Shown here piece after piece: positions 35,010 through 45,124 of a stretch of DNA of 64,000 nucleotides. The DNA is from a virus (lineage: Duplodnaviria; Caudoviricetes): the IMG/VR virus record IMGVR_UViG_2866513116_000002, positions 1 through 64,000 of that record; one strand, written 5' to 3'. A model generated the notes under the pieces. That model did no database searches. It worked only from the letters and a program-made list of their open reading frames with translations, and was not told the origin of the DNA. The position numbers and the translations under genes are program-made. The stretch's first letter is position 1. Every line of letters begins with the position of its first letter.

Positions 35010-35324
35010 ATGAGCAAGAAGGAACTCAAGGCCCGCGTTCGCGAGCTGGAGATTGAGAACGCCACCCTGCGTGGCGAACTCGCCGCACACCGACAGCAGT
35101 CATGGACCGCGCCGTTCGTCGGCGACGTACCGCCATTGCCGACAGTCAGACCGTGGGTCTGGTGCGACGTCTCGGCATCGGGTGGCCAGATCAAGCACAT
35201 CAACGACTACTCAGTGAGTCCGATGATGAACGACGCCGACTTCATGGAAACCGCGCTCGCCGCGTCACGCATTCAGCGTCAGACGCGGCACGACTTGGCC
35301 AAGCTGACCACCGAGCTGCTGTGA
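35010..35324 (+). CDS. Hypothetical phage protein
   Basis: GGAG RBS; short N-terminal coiled coil. Confidence 0.6.
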   Translation: MSKKELKARVRELEIENATLRGELAAHRQQSWTAPFVGDVPPLPTVRPWVWCDVSASGGQIKHINDYSVSPMMNDADFMETALAASRIQRQTRHDLAKLTTELL

Positions 35325-35473
35325 CGACCCACTCCTGTGGTTGCACCGTGGACGGCACGCCGAAGTGCGCGTACGCCACCGGCCGCATTCCGGCATCGGG
35401 AGTCTTCAGCGTCCACGGCATTCCCCGTCCACCGGTCGTCGATGCGGGTTCGGCACACGACACACCAACACTT

Positions 35474-35523
35474 GGCGGGGCAAGGTTAGGCACGGCAAGC
35501 CGTGGCCTGGCATGGCATGGGAT
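35474..35523 (+). repeat. Degenerate pentamer array (GGCNN)x10
   Basis: GGCGG GGCAA GGTTA GGCAC GGCAA GCCGT GGCCT GGCAT GGCAT GGGAT. Confidence 0.75.
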
Positions 35524-35554
35524 AGACACCAGCACAACGAGGGAACGTGGACAC

Positions 35555-35872
35555 ATGGACAAGTGGCTGTCATGGATACCCACAGCACTGTCATCCAAGA
35601 CGTCGATCATCATCGGCATCGCGATGTTCGCCTACCTCGTTGTGTTGGGTGCCGTCGGCATCCTGATCGGTCACCCGAGCCTCGTACCCGACAACGCACA
35701 GTTGGTCCTCGGGAACTATTGCAACGTGGCGAGCATGGTCGCTGCGGGCATCGCGGCAGGCGCCGGCCACAAGGCCGTGCAGAACCAACGCCGTGCACAC
35801 GAGATGCACCAGCAGACCCACGAACTCCTCACCCAGATCAGCGAACAACTCGACGTCCCAGATGCCGAGTAA
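35555..35872 (+). CDS. Two-TM membrane protein
   Basis: Hydrophobic segments; could start at GTG 35321. Confidence 0.6.
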   Translation: MDKWLSWIPTALSSKTSIIIGIAMFAYLVVLGAVGILIGHPSLVPDNAQLVLGNYCNVASMVAAGIAAGAGHKAVQNQRRAHEMHQQTHELLTQISEQLDVPDAE

Positions 35873-36242
35873 GCCATCTCGACCATGCAGTAAGTGCGGT
35901 CGTAGAGCAGCGCCACAGAGCAACCTCTGTGACACCCACACACGACAACGAGAACAACGACGAGGCAGTGCCGCCGACCGCGGGTACACCTCCGATGGTC
36001 ACCAGTCCTTCCGCCGCTCAGTCCTCGCCCGGGATGGCTACCGGTGCACCTTCCCCGACTGCGACCACCGAGACCCCACCGGTCGGACACTCCACGCCGA
36101 CCACCACCCCCACAGCCGCCGGGACCTCCTCGCACAGGGGCGCAACCCGAACGACCCCCGGTACGGCCGGACCCTCTGCCACTCCCACCACTCCTCCGAG
36201 ACCGGACGCAAGGAAGGTCGAGGGAACCTCCACCGCGGGTAG
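35862..36242 (+). CDS. Terminase-associated HNH endonuclease
   Basis: RG...RGY..R..VLARDGYRC..ADH..LC.SHHS..T; directly upstream of terS. Confidence 0.85.
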   Translation: MPSKPSRPCSKCGRRAAPQSNLCDTHTRQREQRRGSAADRGYTSDGHQSFRRSVLARDGYRCTFPDCDHRDPTGRTLHADHHPHSRRDLLAQGRNPNDPRYGRTLCHSHHSSETGRKEGRGNLHRG

Positions 36243-36369
36243 CGCAGGGATCTCCGACCGGAGAGCCCTCCCACACTGGGGGAAGACCGGGAGAGCCCGA
36301 CAGAGCACCGGGATGGACCCCACCATCCACCATCCCCACCCCGGAGGGACCACACAGGACCCCGAGGTC

Positions 36370-36480
36370 ACCACCCCCATGGGCTAGGGGGCACCCGAAA
36401 CCTCTGCGCGTGGCACAAGAGGACCGCTTGGAAGCTCCCCGCGTGCCACTTCCAATTTTTCAAAAAATGTCAGAAATTCC
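36370..36480. other. Probable cos packaging region
   Basis: Between HNH and terS; CCCCC/GGGGG tracts, GTGGCAC/GTGCCAC inverted repeat, AT-rich tract. Confidence 0.5.
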
Positions 36481-36495
36481 CCCAATTACCGGGAG

Positions 36496-37194
36496 GTGAT
36501 CGAAAAAATGGCTGACCAGCATGTTTGCGTTGACTGTGGCCAGACCTTCGACCCTCCGGGAGGGCGGGGAAGGCCACCATCCCGCTGCGAGTCGTGCCGG
36601 GAGGGCCGCGGACCGAAGTCGGGGGCGTGCGCGCACTGCGGGAGCGAGATCAAGCCCGTGAAGGGTCGCGGTCGCGGTCGTCCGAACGCTTACTGCTCGG
36701 TGGATTGCCGTCGGCAGGCCCAGTGGGAGCGCGCCCGGGTGCGCGGCCACGGTGAAGAGACGCCCGATGACGTCGATTCGATCATTGACATCCGCCGCGC
36801 GCAGAAGTCCGAGCCCCGCGAGCCGTCGGCGGCCGCCATTGGCGATGTGAAGCCGCCGTGGGGCCTCACCGAGGGCGCCGAGAGGGTCTGGATGGACCTT
36901 GCACCCGATCTGGTGCGCAAGAAGATCCTGACAGCGGCCGATGTGCACCTGTTTTCGGTCTACTGCGAGGCTGCGGCGATGTACAAGGAGTGCCGCGACC
37001 TCCTTGGTGACCGCTACATCGGCAAGGGCGCTGCCGGCGGGGACATCGTGTCGCCGTACTTCCAGGCCATGGTGAAGTGCCAGCAGCAGATGGTGCAGAT
37101 CGGCGCCCGGATGGGCCTCACACCGGCCGATCGGGCCCGCCTTGCTTCCGCCGACGAGCCCGACGCCTCCGGCCTGGATGAACTGATCTCCTGA
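36496..37194 (+). CDS. Terminase small subunit (P27 family) with N-terminal Zn fingers
   Basis: PP..L..A..W..L..L..D..YC.A..P..MGLTPADRARL. Confidence 0.85.
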   Translation: MIEKMADQHVCVDCGQTFDPPGGRGRPPSRCESCREGRGPKSGACAHCGSEIKPVKGRGRGRPNAYCSVDCRRQAQWERARVRGHGEETPDDVDSIIDIRRAQKSEPREPSAAAIGDVKPPWGLTEGAERVWMDLAPDLVRKKILTAADVHLFSVYCEAAAMYKECRDLLGDRYIGKGAAGGDIVSPYFQAMVKCQQQMVQIGARMGLTPADRARLASADEPDASGLDELIS

Positions 37195-37195
37195 G

Positions 37196-38875
37196 ATGGA
37201 CCTGCCACCCTGTGGCCGGTCACTCGGTGGTCACACCTGCACCGAGGTGGGGGAGCACTTCTGCGTCCCGCGTGCCGATCACGCGCAGCGGTTCATCGAG
37301 ACCGCGCTGAAGCACACCAAAGGCCGTTTCGCGCGGACAGCGTTCACGCTCCTGTACTTCCAACGCGAGGAGATCGTCCGGCCGTTGTTCGGCACGGTCG
37401 TGTGGGACGAGGAGCACGAGTGCTACCGGCGCCGATACCGCATCGCCTGGATCGAGATTGCCCGGAAGAACGGGAAGTCCGAGCTGCTGGCGGCGATCAT
37501 GCTGACGGTCTTCTTCTGCGACGGCGAGTATGGCGCAGAGCTCTTCTCGATCGCCCGGGACCGGAAGCAGGCGGCGCTGATCTTCGACGTCGCGGTGCAG
37601 ATGATCAAGTTCAACCCGGCGCTGGCGAAGCTGTGCAAGATCATCCCGAGCCAGCGACGCATCATCAAGACGAACTCGAACTCGATCTATCAGGTCCTCG
37701 CGAACGACGCGGCCGGTGCGCTCGGATCCAATCCGAGCGCGGTGGCCGCCGACGAGATCCTGGCGTGGCATGACGGCGGCATGTGGGAGGCACTGCGCAC
37801 GGGCATGGGCTCGCTGGCGCGGGTGCAACCGCTATTCGTGGCCGCGACCACTGCCGGATATGACACCGAGAGCTTCGGGCACAAGGAGCACACCGAGATG
37901 CTCCGAGTCGCCGAGGATCCCAGCTACATGCCTCACTGCTTCTCCTACATCCGGGCGCTGCCGCGAGACGCCGACGCCTTCGACGAGGACAACTGGTCAA
38001 TCGCCAACCCTGCGCTGAAGACTCCGGACAACCCCGACGGGTTCCTCTCGATGCAGTCGATGCGGGAGATGGCTCTCGAGGCGAAGAACAATCCATTGAA
38101 GCTCAACGGATTCCTGCAGTTCCAGCAGAACCAGTGGACCAACCAGGCTGTGCGGTGGATGCCGATGCACCTGTTCGACGGCTCTCGCGGGACTGTCTAC
38201 CGATCGGCGCCCGACACGATGGAGCAGTTCGCCGGTCGAGAGTGCTGGATGGGGATCGACCTCGCCGGCCGCCAGGACCTTACGAGCATCTGCTACCTGT
38301 TCCCGGACGGCGAGTCGTGCGACGTGGTGTGGCGCCACTTCTGTCCGGAGGGTGCGCTGACGCGGCTCGACGAGCGCAACTCGGGTCGGTTCTCTCGCGA
38401 GTTCGTCACGGAGGGATGGTTGACCGTCACCGAGGGTGACGTCCTCGACTTCGAGAAGGTGTACGCCCAGATCGAAGAGGACTCGCGCCGATTCCGCATC
38501 CTCGGCGCCGACATGGATGTGTGGTCGTCGGCGCCCGTGCTGCAGGCTCTCGAAGAACGGCTCTACACAGAGATTTTCGCCTACGCCAACGACTTCAAGC
38601 ACATGAGCGACTCGATGCACCGCATCTTGGAACTCACGACCGAGAAGAAGTTCCGGTGGCATGGGAATCCGTTGGCCCGGTGGTGTTTCGACGCCGTGCA
38701 GGCCCGTATCGCCGCATACGACCCGAATCTGATCCGTCCTGACAAGCCCAACCGCGACACCGAATCGAAGCGAATCGACGCCGTGCCGGCCGCCATCATG
38801 GCGGTCAACGCCTGGCAGGGCCGCGGTACCGCGTCGACCTCGTATTACGCCGACAACGACGTCATGACCCTGTGA
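37196..38875 (+). CDS. terL: Terminase large subunit
   Basis: IARKNGKSE Walker A, ADE Walker B, TTAG, GIDLA, RIDAV. Confidence 0.95.
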   Translation: MDLPPCGRSLGGHTCTEVGEHFCVPRADHAQRFIETALKHTKGRFARTAFTLLYFQREEIVRPLFGTVVWDEEHECYRRRYRIAWIEIARKNGKSELLAAIMLTVFFCDGEYGAELFSIARDRKQAALIFDVAVQMIKFNPALAKLCKIIPSQRRIIKTNSNSIYQVLANDAAGALGSNPSAVAADEILAWHDGGMWEALRTGMGSLARVQPLFVAATTAGYDTESFGHKEHTEMLRVAEDPSYMPHCFSYIRALPRDADAFDEDNWSIANPALKTPDNPDGFLSMQSMREMALEAKNNPLKLNGFLQFQQNQWTNQAVRWMPMHLFDGSRGTVYRSAPDTMEQFAGRECWMGIDLAGRQDLTSICYLFPDGESCDVVWRHFCPEGALTRLDERNSGRFSREFVTEGWLTVTEGDVLDFEKVYAQIEEDSRRFRILGADMDVWSSAPVLQALEERLYTEIFAYANDFKHMSDSMHRILELTTEKKFRWHGNPLARWCFDAVQARIAAYDPNLIRPDKPNRDTESKRIDAVPAAIMAVNAWQGRGTASTSYYADNDVMTL

Positions 38876-38879
38876 GGAG

Positions 38880-39191
38880 GTGCCGATGCTGATCGCGCTC
38901 ATCGTCTTCGCTGTCGCCGCTGTGGTGTCGGTGTTGGTGAATATCTTTCTCGCGCTACGGATTCGCGCCATCCGGAGTGACCCGCTGTGTCGGCGCATCC
39001 TGCAGCGCCTCGTCATCACCTCAGACGATCCTGTCTTCACCGGAGTGCTCCGAGAGGTGGGCCAGGGCCGGGATGGGCATGTGGTGTTCTCCGACTGCCA
39101 GCTCGTCGAGGGCAAGCAGGCGATCGCAGGTGACGTGATCAAGGCGAAGTCGCAGATCGTGACCTACCAGGTGCCTCATGCTGCTGGCTAA
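38880..39191 (+). CDS. Small pre-portal protein
   Basis: GAGGAGG RBS, N-terminal TM. Confidence 0.65.
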   Translation: MPMLIALIVFAVAAVVSVLVNIFLALRIRAIRSDPLCRRILQRLVITSDDPVFTGVLREVGQGRDGHVVFSDCQLVEGKQAIAGDVIKAKSQIVTYQVPHAAG

Positions 39192-40686
39192 CGGCCTGCA
39201 GATCGCCCCGCAGGCCCTCGCTGAGGTCACCCCGCAGCTCGCCGAGTCCTACTGGTATCAGGACGGCGGCGCGCTGCAGCTAGAGCACACGTACGCGCTC
39301 TACGGCGAGATCTACCGCTCCGAGCCGTGGGTGGCGGCCGTGGTGAACAAGCGCGCCGACGCCATCGCGCGGTTGCCGATGCATGTGTGGTCCGACGACG
39401 GCCCAACCCGGCTACAGGTCACCCCTGCGCAGTCGGGATACGCCAAGCTCATCGCGCAACCCTGCTACTACCTCGACTCGTACACGTTCTGGTCCTGGGT
39501 GGCCACCACCTACGACATCTATGGCGAGACATATCTGGCGATCGTGTTCGACGACAACGGTATTCCGGTGACGCTCATGCCCATGCACCCTTCGCGGGTC
39601 GCGGTCCGGCGAGATCCCGATACCGGAAAGCATGAGTATCTCTTCATGGCCGGCAACGCCCTGGGGGCGGGGCTGGTGAAGTTCGGCGATGGGGAAGTCG
39701 TGCCGATCCGTTCGTACAACCCCGCCGGCACCGAGCGCGGGCTGTCGAAGATGGAGCCGCTGCGGTCGACGATCTTCGCTGAGGACTCGTCCCGGACCGC
39801 CGATGCGGCGATGAAGACCAACGGTGGTCGTCCGAACGTCGTGCTGTCCACCGACAAGGTGCTGGGTCCAGACGGTAAGAAGCGGCTACGCGACAGCTGG
39901 AATCAGGCGCATGCCGGATCGTCGAACGCCGGTAAGGCTCTCGTGCTCGAGGATGGGGTGACCGCGTCCCCGGTGCAGTTGACGTCGGTGGAGCTGCAGA
40001 TGATCGAGGCGCGCCACCTCAACCGCGAGGAGATTTGCGCGGTGTACGACGTCGCGCCGCCGATGGTGCACGACCTGACCCGAGCGACGTTCTCCAACAT
40101 CGCCTCCCAGATGCGGGCGTTCTATCGGGACACCATGGCTCCGGTGATCGAGCGGTTCGAGTCGGCCTTCGATTTCTACGTGGGCCAGTTCTTCGATCCC
40201 AAGTTGGCGGTCCGCTTCGACGACGCCGATGTCACCCGAGGTGATTTCGAGCAGCGCGCCACCTCGGCGCAGGCGCTCGTCGTGATCGGCGCGCTCACGC
40301 CCAACGAGGCACGCGAACTCATGGGCTTCGGCCGGTTCAAGGACGCCAAGGCTGACAAGTTGTACGCCAACTCGGCGCAGCAGCCCCTCGGTGAGCCCAC
40401 CGAGCAGATCCGCCTCACCGGGGAAGTGCTGAACGACCCGGACGGCATTGCCGTGGCGCCTCCGGGGCCCACGACCGACGTTCCCGCGATCGCCGGTGGC
40501 ACACATCAGATTCCGCAACTCACCGCCCCGTCAGCCAAGGCCGTCCGCGATCTCAAAGCCGAAGTCGGCCGCGGGAAGTCCATCGCCGACGCCGCCCGCG
40601 CGCTCGCGCAGAAGAGCCCCGACGACCTCAACGACATCGCCGCCGCCGTCCTGACGGCGATGGCAGCCCAGCGCGAGAACGCATAA
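39178..40686 (+). CDS. HK97-family portal protein
   Basis: IA.LP, GLS.., GSSNAGK..VLE.G, LTPNEAR. Confidence 0.95.
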   Translation: MLLANGLQIAPQALAEVTPQLAESYWYQDGGALQLEHTYALYGEIYRSEPWVAAVVNKRADAIARLPMHVWSDDGPTRLQVTPAQSGYAKLIAQPCYYLDSYTFWSWVATTYDIYGETYLAIVFDDNGIPVTLMPMHPSRVAVRRDPDTGKHEYLFMAGNALGAGLVKFGDGEVVPIRSYNPAGTERGLSKMEPLRSTIFAEDSSRTADAAMKTNGGRPNVVLSTDKVLGPDGKKRLRDSWNQAHAGSSNAGKALVLEDGVTASPVQLTSVELQMIEARHLNREEICAVYDVAPPMVHDLTRATFSNIASQMRAFYRDTMAPVIERFESAFDFYVGQFFDPKLAVRFDDADVTRGDFEQRATSAQALVVIGALTPNEARELMGFGRFKDAKADKLYANSAQQPLGEPTEQIRLTGEVLNDPDGIAVAPPGPTTDVPAIAGGTHQIPQLTAPSAKAVRDLKAEVGRGKSIADAARALAQKSPDDLNDIAAAVLTAMAAQRENA

Positions 40687-40780
40687 GAAAAACCGCCGAT
40701 CGCATCGCCATTGGGTATCGGGCCGAACATGGATCAGCGGCTTTCACCAACTCTATACCGCCTGAACGACAGGAGACGCA

Positions 40781-41956
40781 ATGTTCATCCAGGATAAGGC
40801 TGTCGCCGACATCACCTCTTCCGGTGACGATTTCGGCCCCAACGGCGGATTCGAGGCGATCTTGTCGGCTCCTACCCTCGATCGGGACGGCGACGTGTTC
40901 GCAACCAATGAGTGGAAGACCCCGCTCCCGGACAAGATCACCGTGGACGTCGATCATGAGATGTCCGTCTCGGGAACGATCGGCTCGGCGAAGCCCTACA
41001 TCGCCGACGACGGCACCCTGCGCATACGCGCATCGTTCGCGAGCACCGCCAAGGCGCAGGAGGTCCGAACCCTGGTGCAGGAGGGCCACATCGACTCAGT
41101 TTCGGTGGCGTGCATGACCGACAAGACGCTCAAGAAGGCCGGCGAGCCGTGCCGGGAGCTGCTGAATGCCGGGGTGGTCGCGGTGCCGTCGAATCGTGAG
41201 GCCAAAATCCTTGCGTCGAAGGCCAAGGACGGCGGGACCGTCAAGGCCGGCGCCCGAAACTCCAAGTCCGATCAACAGTGGATTCAGGCTGCGCACGACG
41301 CCACGATTATGGCCGGCGCCGACTGTGTCGAGGAGATCTCCGACGACGGCGGTGAGGCCGACGGCGCCAACAAGTCCGCCGCCCGAGACAACGAGCCTGC
41401 GTTCGTCATCGGCGCGAAGGCGGTCAAGGGATCGTTGGAGGATCTCCAGTCCACCATCGGAGAAGCACTCGATGCCGCCTACGCCAACTCCGGTGCATCG
41501 TTCTCCTACCTCGTCGCTACCTTCCTGTCCGGTGACGGTGGGACGATCGTCTATCGCCTGTACCCGGCGAATGACGGCCCCTCGCAGACCCTCTCGCGTG
41601 CCTTCACTCTCGCGGAAGACGGGTCGGTGACCCTGTCGACTGAAGTTGAGGCGGTCGAACTCGTCACCACCACCACGATCGCCGAGAAGGCCGCAGGTCC
41701 CGAGCGAAAGCCCGAGCCCACCATCACCCTCGAGCAGTTCGAGCAACTGCTCGCCAAAGCCACCGGTCAGATGGCCGGTCCGCCACAACACGAGGCCAAG
41801 TCTCCCGTCGACGCTCCCGCAGATCCTCCCGCGCCCGAGGGCGCCGCTGGTGATGCCGCTGCGAAGGCCGCTGATGGTGCCGAGTCCGACGTGGCCGAGG
41901 AACTACCCACACACCTGCTGGACATGGTCAACGCGGCCAAGTCCCGCCTGGAGTAG
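40781..41956 (+). CDS. Prohead maturation protease with C-terminal extension
   Basis: DRDGD, DH, IG, SVSV, V.VPSN..A. Confidence 0.85.
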   Translation: MFIQDKAVADITSSGDDFGPNGGFEAILSAPTLDRDGDVFATNEWKTPLPDKITVDVDHEMSVSGTIGSAKPYIADDGTLRIRASFASTAKAQEVRTLVQEGHIDSVSVACMTDKTLKKAGEPCRELLNAGVVAVPSNREAKILASKAKDGGTVKAGARNSKSDQQWIQAAHDATIMAGADCVEEISDDGGEADGANKSAARDNEPAFVIGAKAVKGSLEDLQSTIGEALDAAYANSGASFSYLVATFLSGDGGTIVYRLYPANDGPSQTLSRAFTLAEDGSVTLSTEVEAVELVTTTTIAEKAAGPERKPEPTITLEQFEQLLAKATGQMAGPPQHEAKSPVDAPADPPAPEGAAGDAAAKAADGAESDVAEELPTHLLDMVNAAKSRLE

Positions 41957-42001
41957 TTCCTCACCTGTCCGAAAGGCATTCGGACTCAACCCATCCCATA
42001 C

Positions 42002-42033
42002 AAACCCCCGCACTCACCGTGTGGGGGTTTTTG
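42002..42033 (+). terminator. Hairpin plus T tract just before the capsid RBS
   Basis: AAACCCCCGCAC-TCACC-GTGTGGGGGTTT followed by TT. Confidence 0.6.
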
Positions 42034-42051
42034 CATGAAAGGACACCGATC

Positions 42052-43575
42052 ATGGCCACGGCCAAGCAGATCGAGACCCGTCAGCGTGAACTCGACAAGA
42101 AGATCGCCGACATCTACCAGAGCACCGAGCTCACCACCGCCGAGAAGTCGTCTCAGCTCGATGCCATCGCCCCTGACTACGAGGCGCTGCAGAAGGAGTT
42201 CGAGCTGTCTGAGCGCGTCACCGAGATGCGCTCCAAGCTCAAGGCTCCCGACTCCGGTGCCGAAACCGAGGACGGCGCACCGATCCGGATGGCCACCGGC
42301 CGGATGGAGGCGCGGACCCTGCGCCAGACCAAGCGCGCGCTCGCCTACGCGCTGGCCAATCACCCGCAGATGCGCTCCGCCGTCGAGGAACTCGGCGGCA
42401 TCGCTGTCGAGGGCAAGTCGCAGGGATTCAAGGGTGAGGCGTTCGAGAAAAAGTTCTCGGTCGAGCTCAAGGATTCCACCGCCGCCGGCAACGGCATGGG
42501 TGAGGGATTCTTCGGCGCCGGCCCGGGCGTGGCCGCCGGTCAGAACCTCTTCGCTCCGGGCGCCTGGGGTGAAGGCATCCTCCCGACGTTCCTCCCGGGC
42601 ATTGTGCAGCAGCCGCTCTATGACCTGTCGATCGCCGACATCCTGCCCGCGATCTCGGTGTCGACGCCGATGATGAGCTACCTGATGCAGGGGGCGACCG
42701 CATGGAACGCCGCGGAGACCGCCGAGGGTGCGGCCTACCCGTTCAGCTCGGTCCAGTTCACCCGGGTCGATGAGCAGGTCGGCAAGATCACCAACGCCGC
42801 CGAGGTCTCCGACGAGGGTGTGCGGGATGCCCCGCAGCTGTTCTCGTTCCTGCAGAACGAACTCATCACCGGCATCGAGCGCCAGGAAGAGGTGCAGCTC
42901 CTCGCTGGCAACGGCTACCCGGGCGTCAATGGCCTGCTGAACCGTGCCTCGGGCTTCACTCAGGACGCCACGGCGGTGACCGCGGGTGCCGCCGTGAACT
43001 TCCCGGCCGTCGGCACCCCCGCCGCGGGCGTGACGTCGCAGGCCCTCACTGGTCTGCGGTACGGCCGCGTCATCGCCGGCTCTTACGCCAACTCGGCGGG
43101 CGCCTACCCGACCGGCGTGCAGATCGGCCTCGGCCTGCTGTCGGCGATCACGCAGGTGAAGTACAACAGCTGGATCGCACCCAACGCGGTGCTCATCAAC
43201 CCCCTCGACTGGGAGCTGATGCGCAAGGCGACCGACAACAACGGCCAGTTCTTCGGCGGCTCGTTCTTCGGCACCAACTACGGCTACGCACAGGGCGGCG
43301 GTACCACCCTGTGGGATACCCGCGTCGTGCAGACCCCGTCGATCCCGCAGGGGTCGATCTTGCTCGGTGGCTTCTACCCCGAGACGATCACCGCGGCCCG
43401 CAAGGAAGCCATCTCGGTGCAGATGAGCAACCAGAACGGCACCAACTTCGTCGACGGCATGGTCACCGTGCGCGCCGAGGAACGCCTCGGCCTGATGGTG
43501 TTCAAGCCCGCGGCCTTCCAGCTGATCCAGCTGGCCACCGGCACCTCCACCGTCGCGGCTCCGTCCGGCGAGTGA
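42052..43575 (+). CDS. Major capsid protein (HK97 fold with delta domain)
   Basis: GAAAGGA RBS; AEG..P.S..F, E.QLL.GNG..G, NP.DW..D.NG, VTVRAEERL. Confidence 0.93.
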   Translation: MATAKQIETRQRELDKKIADIYQSTELTTAEKSSQLDAIAPDYEALQKEFELSERVTEMRSKLKAPDSGAETEDGAPIRMATGRMEARTLRQTKRALAYALANHPQMRSAVEELGGIAVEGKSQGFKGEAFEKKFSVELKDSTAAGNGMGEGFFGAGPGVAAGQNLFAPGAWGEGILPTFLPGIVQQPLYDLSIADILPAISVSTPMMSYLMQGATAWNAAETAEGAAYPFSSVQFTRVDEQVGKITNAAEVSDEGVRDAPQLFSFLQNELITGIERQEEVQLLAGNGYPGVNGLLNRASGFTQDATAVTAGAAVNFPAVGTPAAGVTSQALTGLRYGRVIAGSYANSAGAYPTGVQIGLGLLSAITQVKYNSWIAPNAVLINPLDWELMRKATDNNGQFFGGSFFGTNYGYAQGGGTTLWDTRVVQTPSIPQGSILLGGFYPETITAARKEAISVQMSNQNGTNFVDGMVTVRAEERLGLMVFKPAAFQLIQLATGTSTVAAPSGE

Positions 43576-43580
43576 TCTGA

Positions 43581-43611
43581 ACGCCGGGGCGTCCGCGTGG
43601 CGCCCCGGCGT
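43581..43611 (+). terminator. Hairpin after the capsid gene
   Basis: ACGCCGGGGCG..CGCCCCGGCGT. Confidence 0.6.
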
Positions 43612-43640
43612 CCCACTCTCTCACCAGCGAAAGGGATTCC

Positions 43641-43841
43641 ATGATCTCGGATATCGATCCGTGGCACATGAGCCTGCGGCGACCGTTCGGCAAGACCATC
43701 CCCACCGGTCGGCACGAACTCACCCCGGATGACCCCGATGAAGAGACCGTCGAGGACGTCGCCGAGAAGGTGGAGCAGAAGGTCGTCGAGCGACCCGCGC
43801 CGAAGTCCACGAGCAAGACCACTGGGGCACAGGGTAAGTGA
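43641..43841 (+). CDS. Small post-capsid protein
   Basis: RBS, coupled to the adaptor. Confidence 0.6.
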   Translation: MISDIDPWHMSLRRPFGKTIPTGRHELTPDDPDEETVEDVAEKVEQKVVERPAPKSTSKTTGAQGK

Positions 43842-44443
43842 CCACCCCGCAGTTCGCGGCGTCGGATGCGATGCTCGTCGCCCCTTCGACGATCACCGCT
43901 CCGGCGTTCACCCCTGCGCAGATGTCGACGGCAGTCGGTGTGGCCTCAGCGATGATCACCGGCTACACCGGTCGGTCGTTCGTGGCCAACGCCTCCGACA
44001 CCGTGACCCTCACTGCATCGGCTGACGGCTTTCAGCTGCCCCAATACCCGGTCACCGCAATCACATCCGTGTCCATCCTCACCGATACCGGATGGGTGGT
44101 CTGCGATCCATCCACCTACTCGTCCGACGAGACCGGGTGGGTGACGATGCCGATGTCGGCGATGAACTACATGGTGGAGCTGGGGTCCACAACCCCCGCT
44201 CCACTGTTGCCCGACTACGGGTGGCAGGTGCAGGTGGTGTACTCCCACGGCTACACCACCGTCCCCACAGACATCGCCGCGGTGTGCACACATCTCGCAA
44301 CCCAGTACCTCGACAATCCCTTCGGCTCGATCGAGCAGAAGGTGGGGGAGATTGCCGACCGCTACGCACCACAGCGCGCTGGCGATCTCGAGCCGTGGGT
44401 GACGAAAATCCTCGACCGGTACGCCGACGTGGGTGTGGCGTGA
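43838..44443 (+). CDS. Head-to-tail adaptor
   Basis: AS..I.GY.G, LP..PV..I.SV, V.YSHGY..VP.DI, ILDRY. Confidence 0.8.
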   Translation: MTTPQFAASDAMLVAPSTITAPAFTPAQMSTAVGVASAMITGYTGRSFVANASDTVTLTASADGFQLPQYPVTAITSVSILTDTGWVVCDPSTYSSDETGWVTMPMSAMNYMVELGSTTPAPLLPDYGWQVQVVYSHGYTTVPTDIAAVCTHLATQYLDNPFGSIEQKVGEIADRYAPQRAGDLEPWVTKILDRYADVGVA

Positions 44444-44796
44444 TCTACGGCAACGACTCCGGGACGTTCTCGGTGCCGTCTGCTGTGACGCAGCTGGACA
44501 AGCACTTCCAGCCGATCAACAACCCCGCCACCGTTTCCGTGCAGGGGCTGTCGATGCAACCGGTGTCCACCAGTGAGGTCATCTCCAATACGGATCTCAC
44601 CATCGACGACTCCAAACTGCTGATCCCCGCGACACAGATGCCGTCAGGAATCACCACCGAATGCACCTACACCCCAACCGGATCGACCGACATCTATCAG
44701 ATCGTCGGTGAGCCGCGCCCGTGGACCAACCGACTCGGCATCCCGCACCACACCACGGTGTATCTCCGGAAAGCGAGGGCTACCAGTGGCGCTTAA
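44440..44796 (+). CDS. Head-to-tail stopper
   Basis: Synteny; QP, Y.IVGEP..W..H. Confidence 0.7.
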   Translation: MIYGNDSGTFSVPSAVTQLDKHFQPINNPATVSVQGLSMQPVSTSEVISNTDLTIDDSKLLIPATQMPSGITTECTYTPTGSTDIYQIVGEPRPWTNRLGIPHHTTVYLRKARATSGA

Positions 44797-45124
44797 CGTC
44801 TCCGAACTCGAGAAGGCGCTCGCCGGTCCGATGGTGACCGCCGAGGTACTCAAGCGCACCGAGGAAGTCGCCGAGTACTGGCGATCCCTCACCCAGGGAG
44901 TGTTCGAGCACCAGAAGGAGCACACCCTGAAGTCGGGGTACGTCGAGGAGCCGGGGGATTACGAGCGCTCCATCCGGGCAAAGACCATCCGTCGCAAGGA
45001 TGGATCAATCAAGGGGCGCGTGGAGTCCACAGACTACAAGGCGCACTGGATCGAGTACGGGTCTTCGAAGATGCCCACCTACGCGTTCGCCGAGAAGACC
45101 CGAAGCCACTTCACCAATGGCTAA
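44786..45124 (+). CDS. HK97 gp10-like neck protein
   Basis: G.Y..SI, KAHWIEYG. Confidence 0.75.
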   Translation: MALNVSELEKALAGPMVTAEVLKRTEEVAEYWRSLTQGVFEHQKEHTLKSGYVEEPGDYERSIRAKTIRRKDGSIKGRVESTDYKAHWIEYGSSKMPTYAFAEKTRSHFTNG

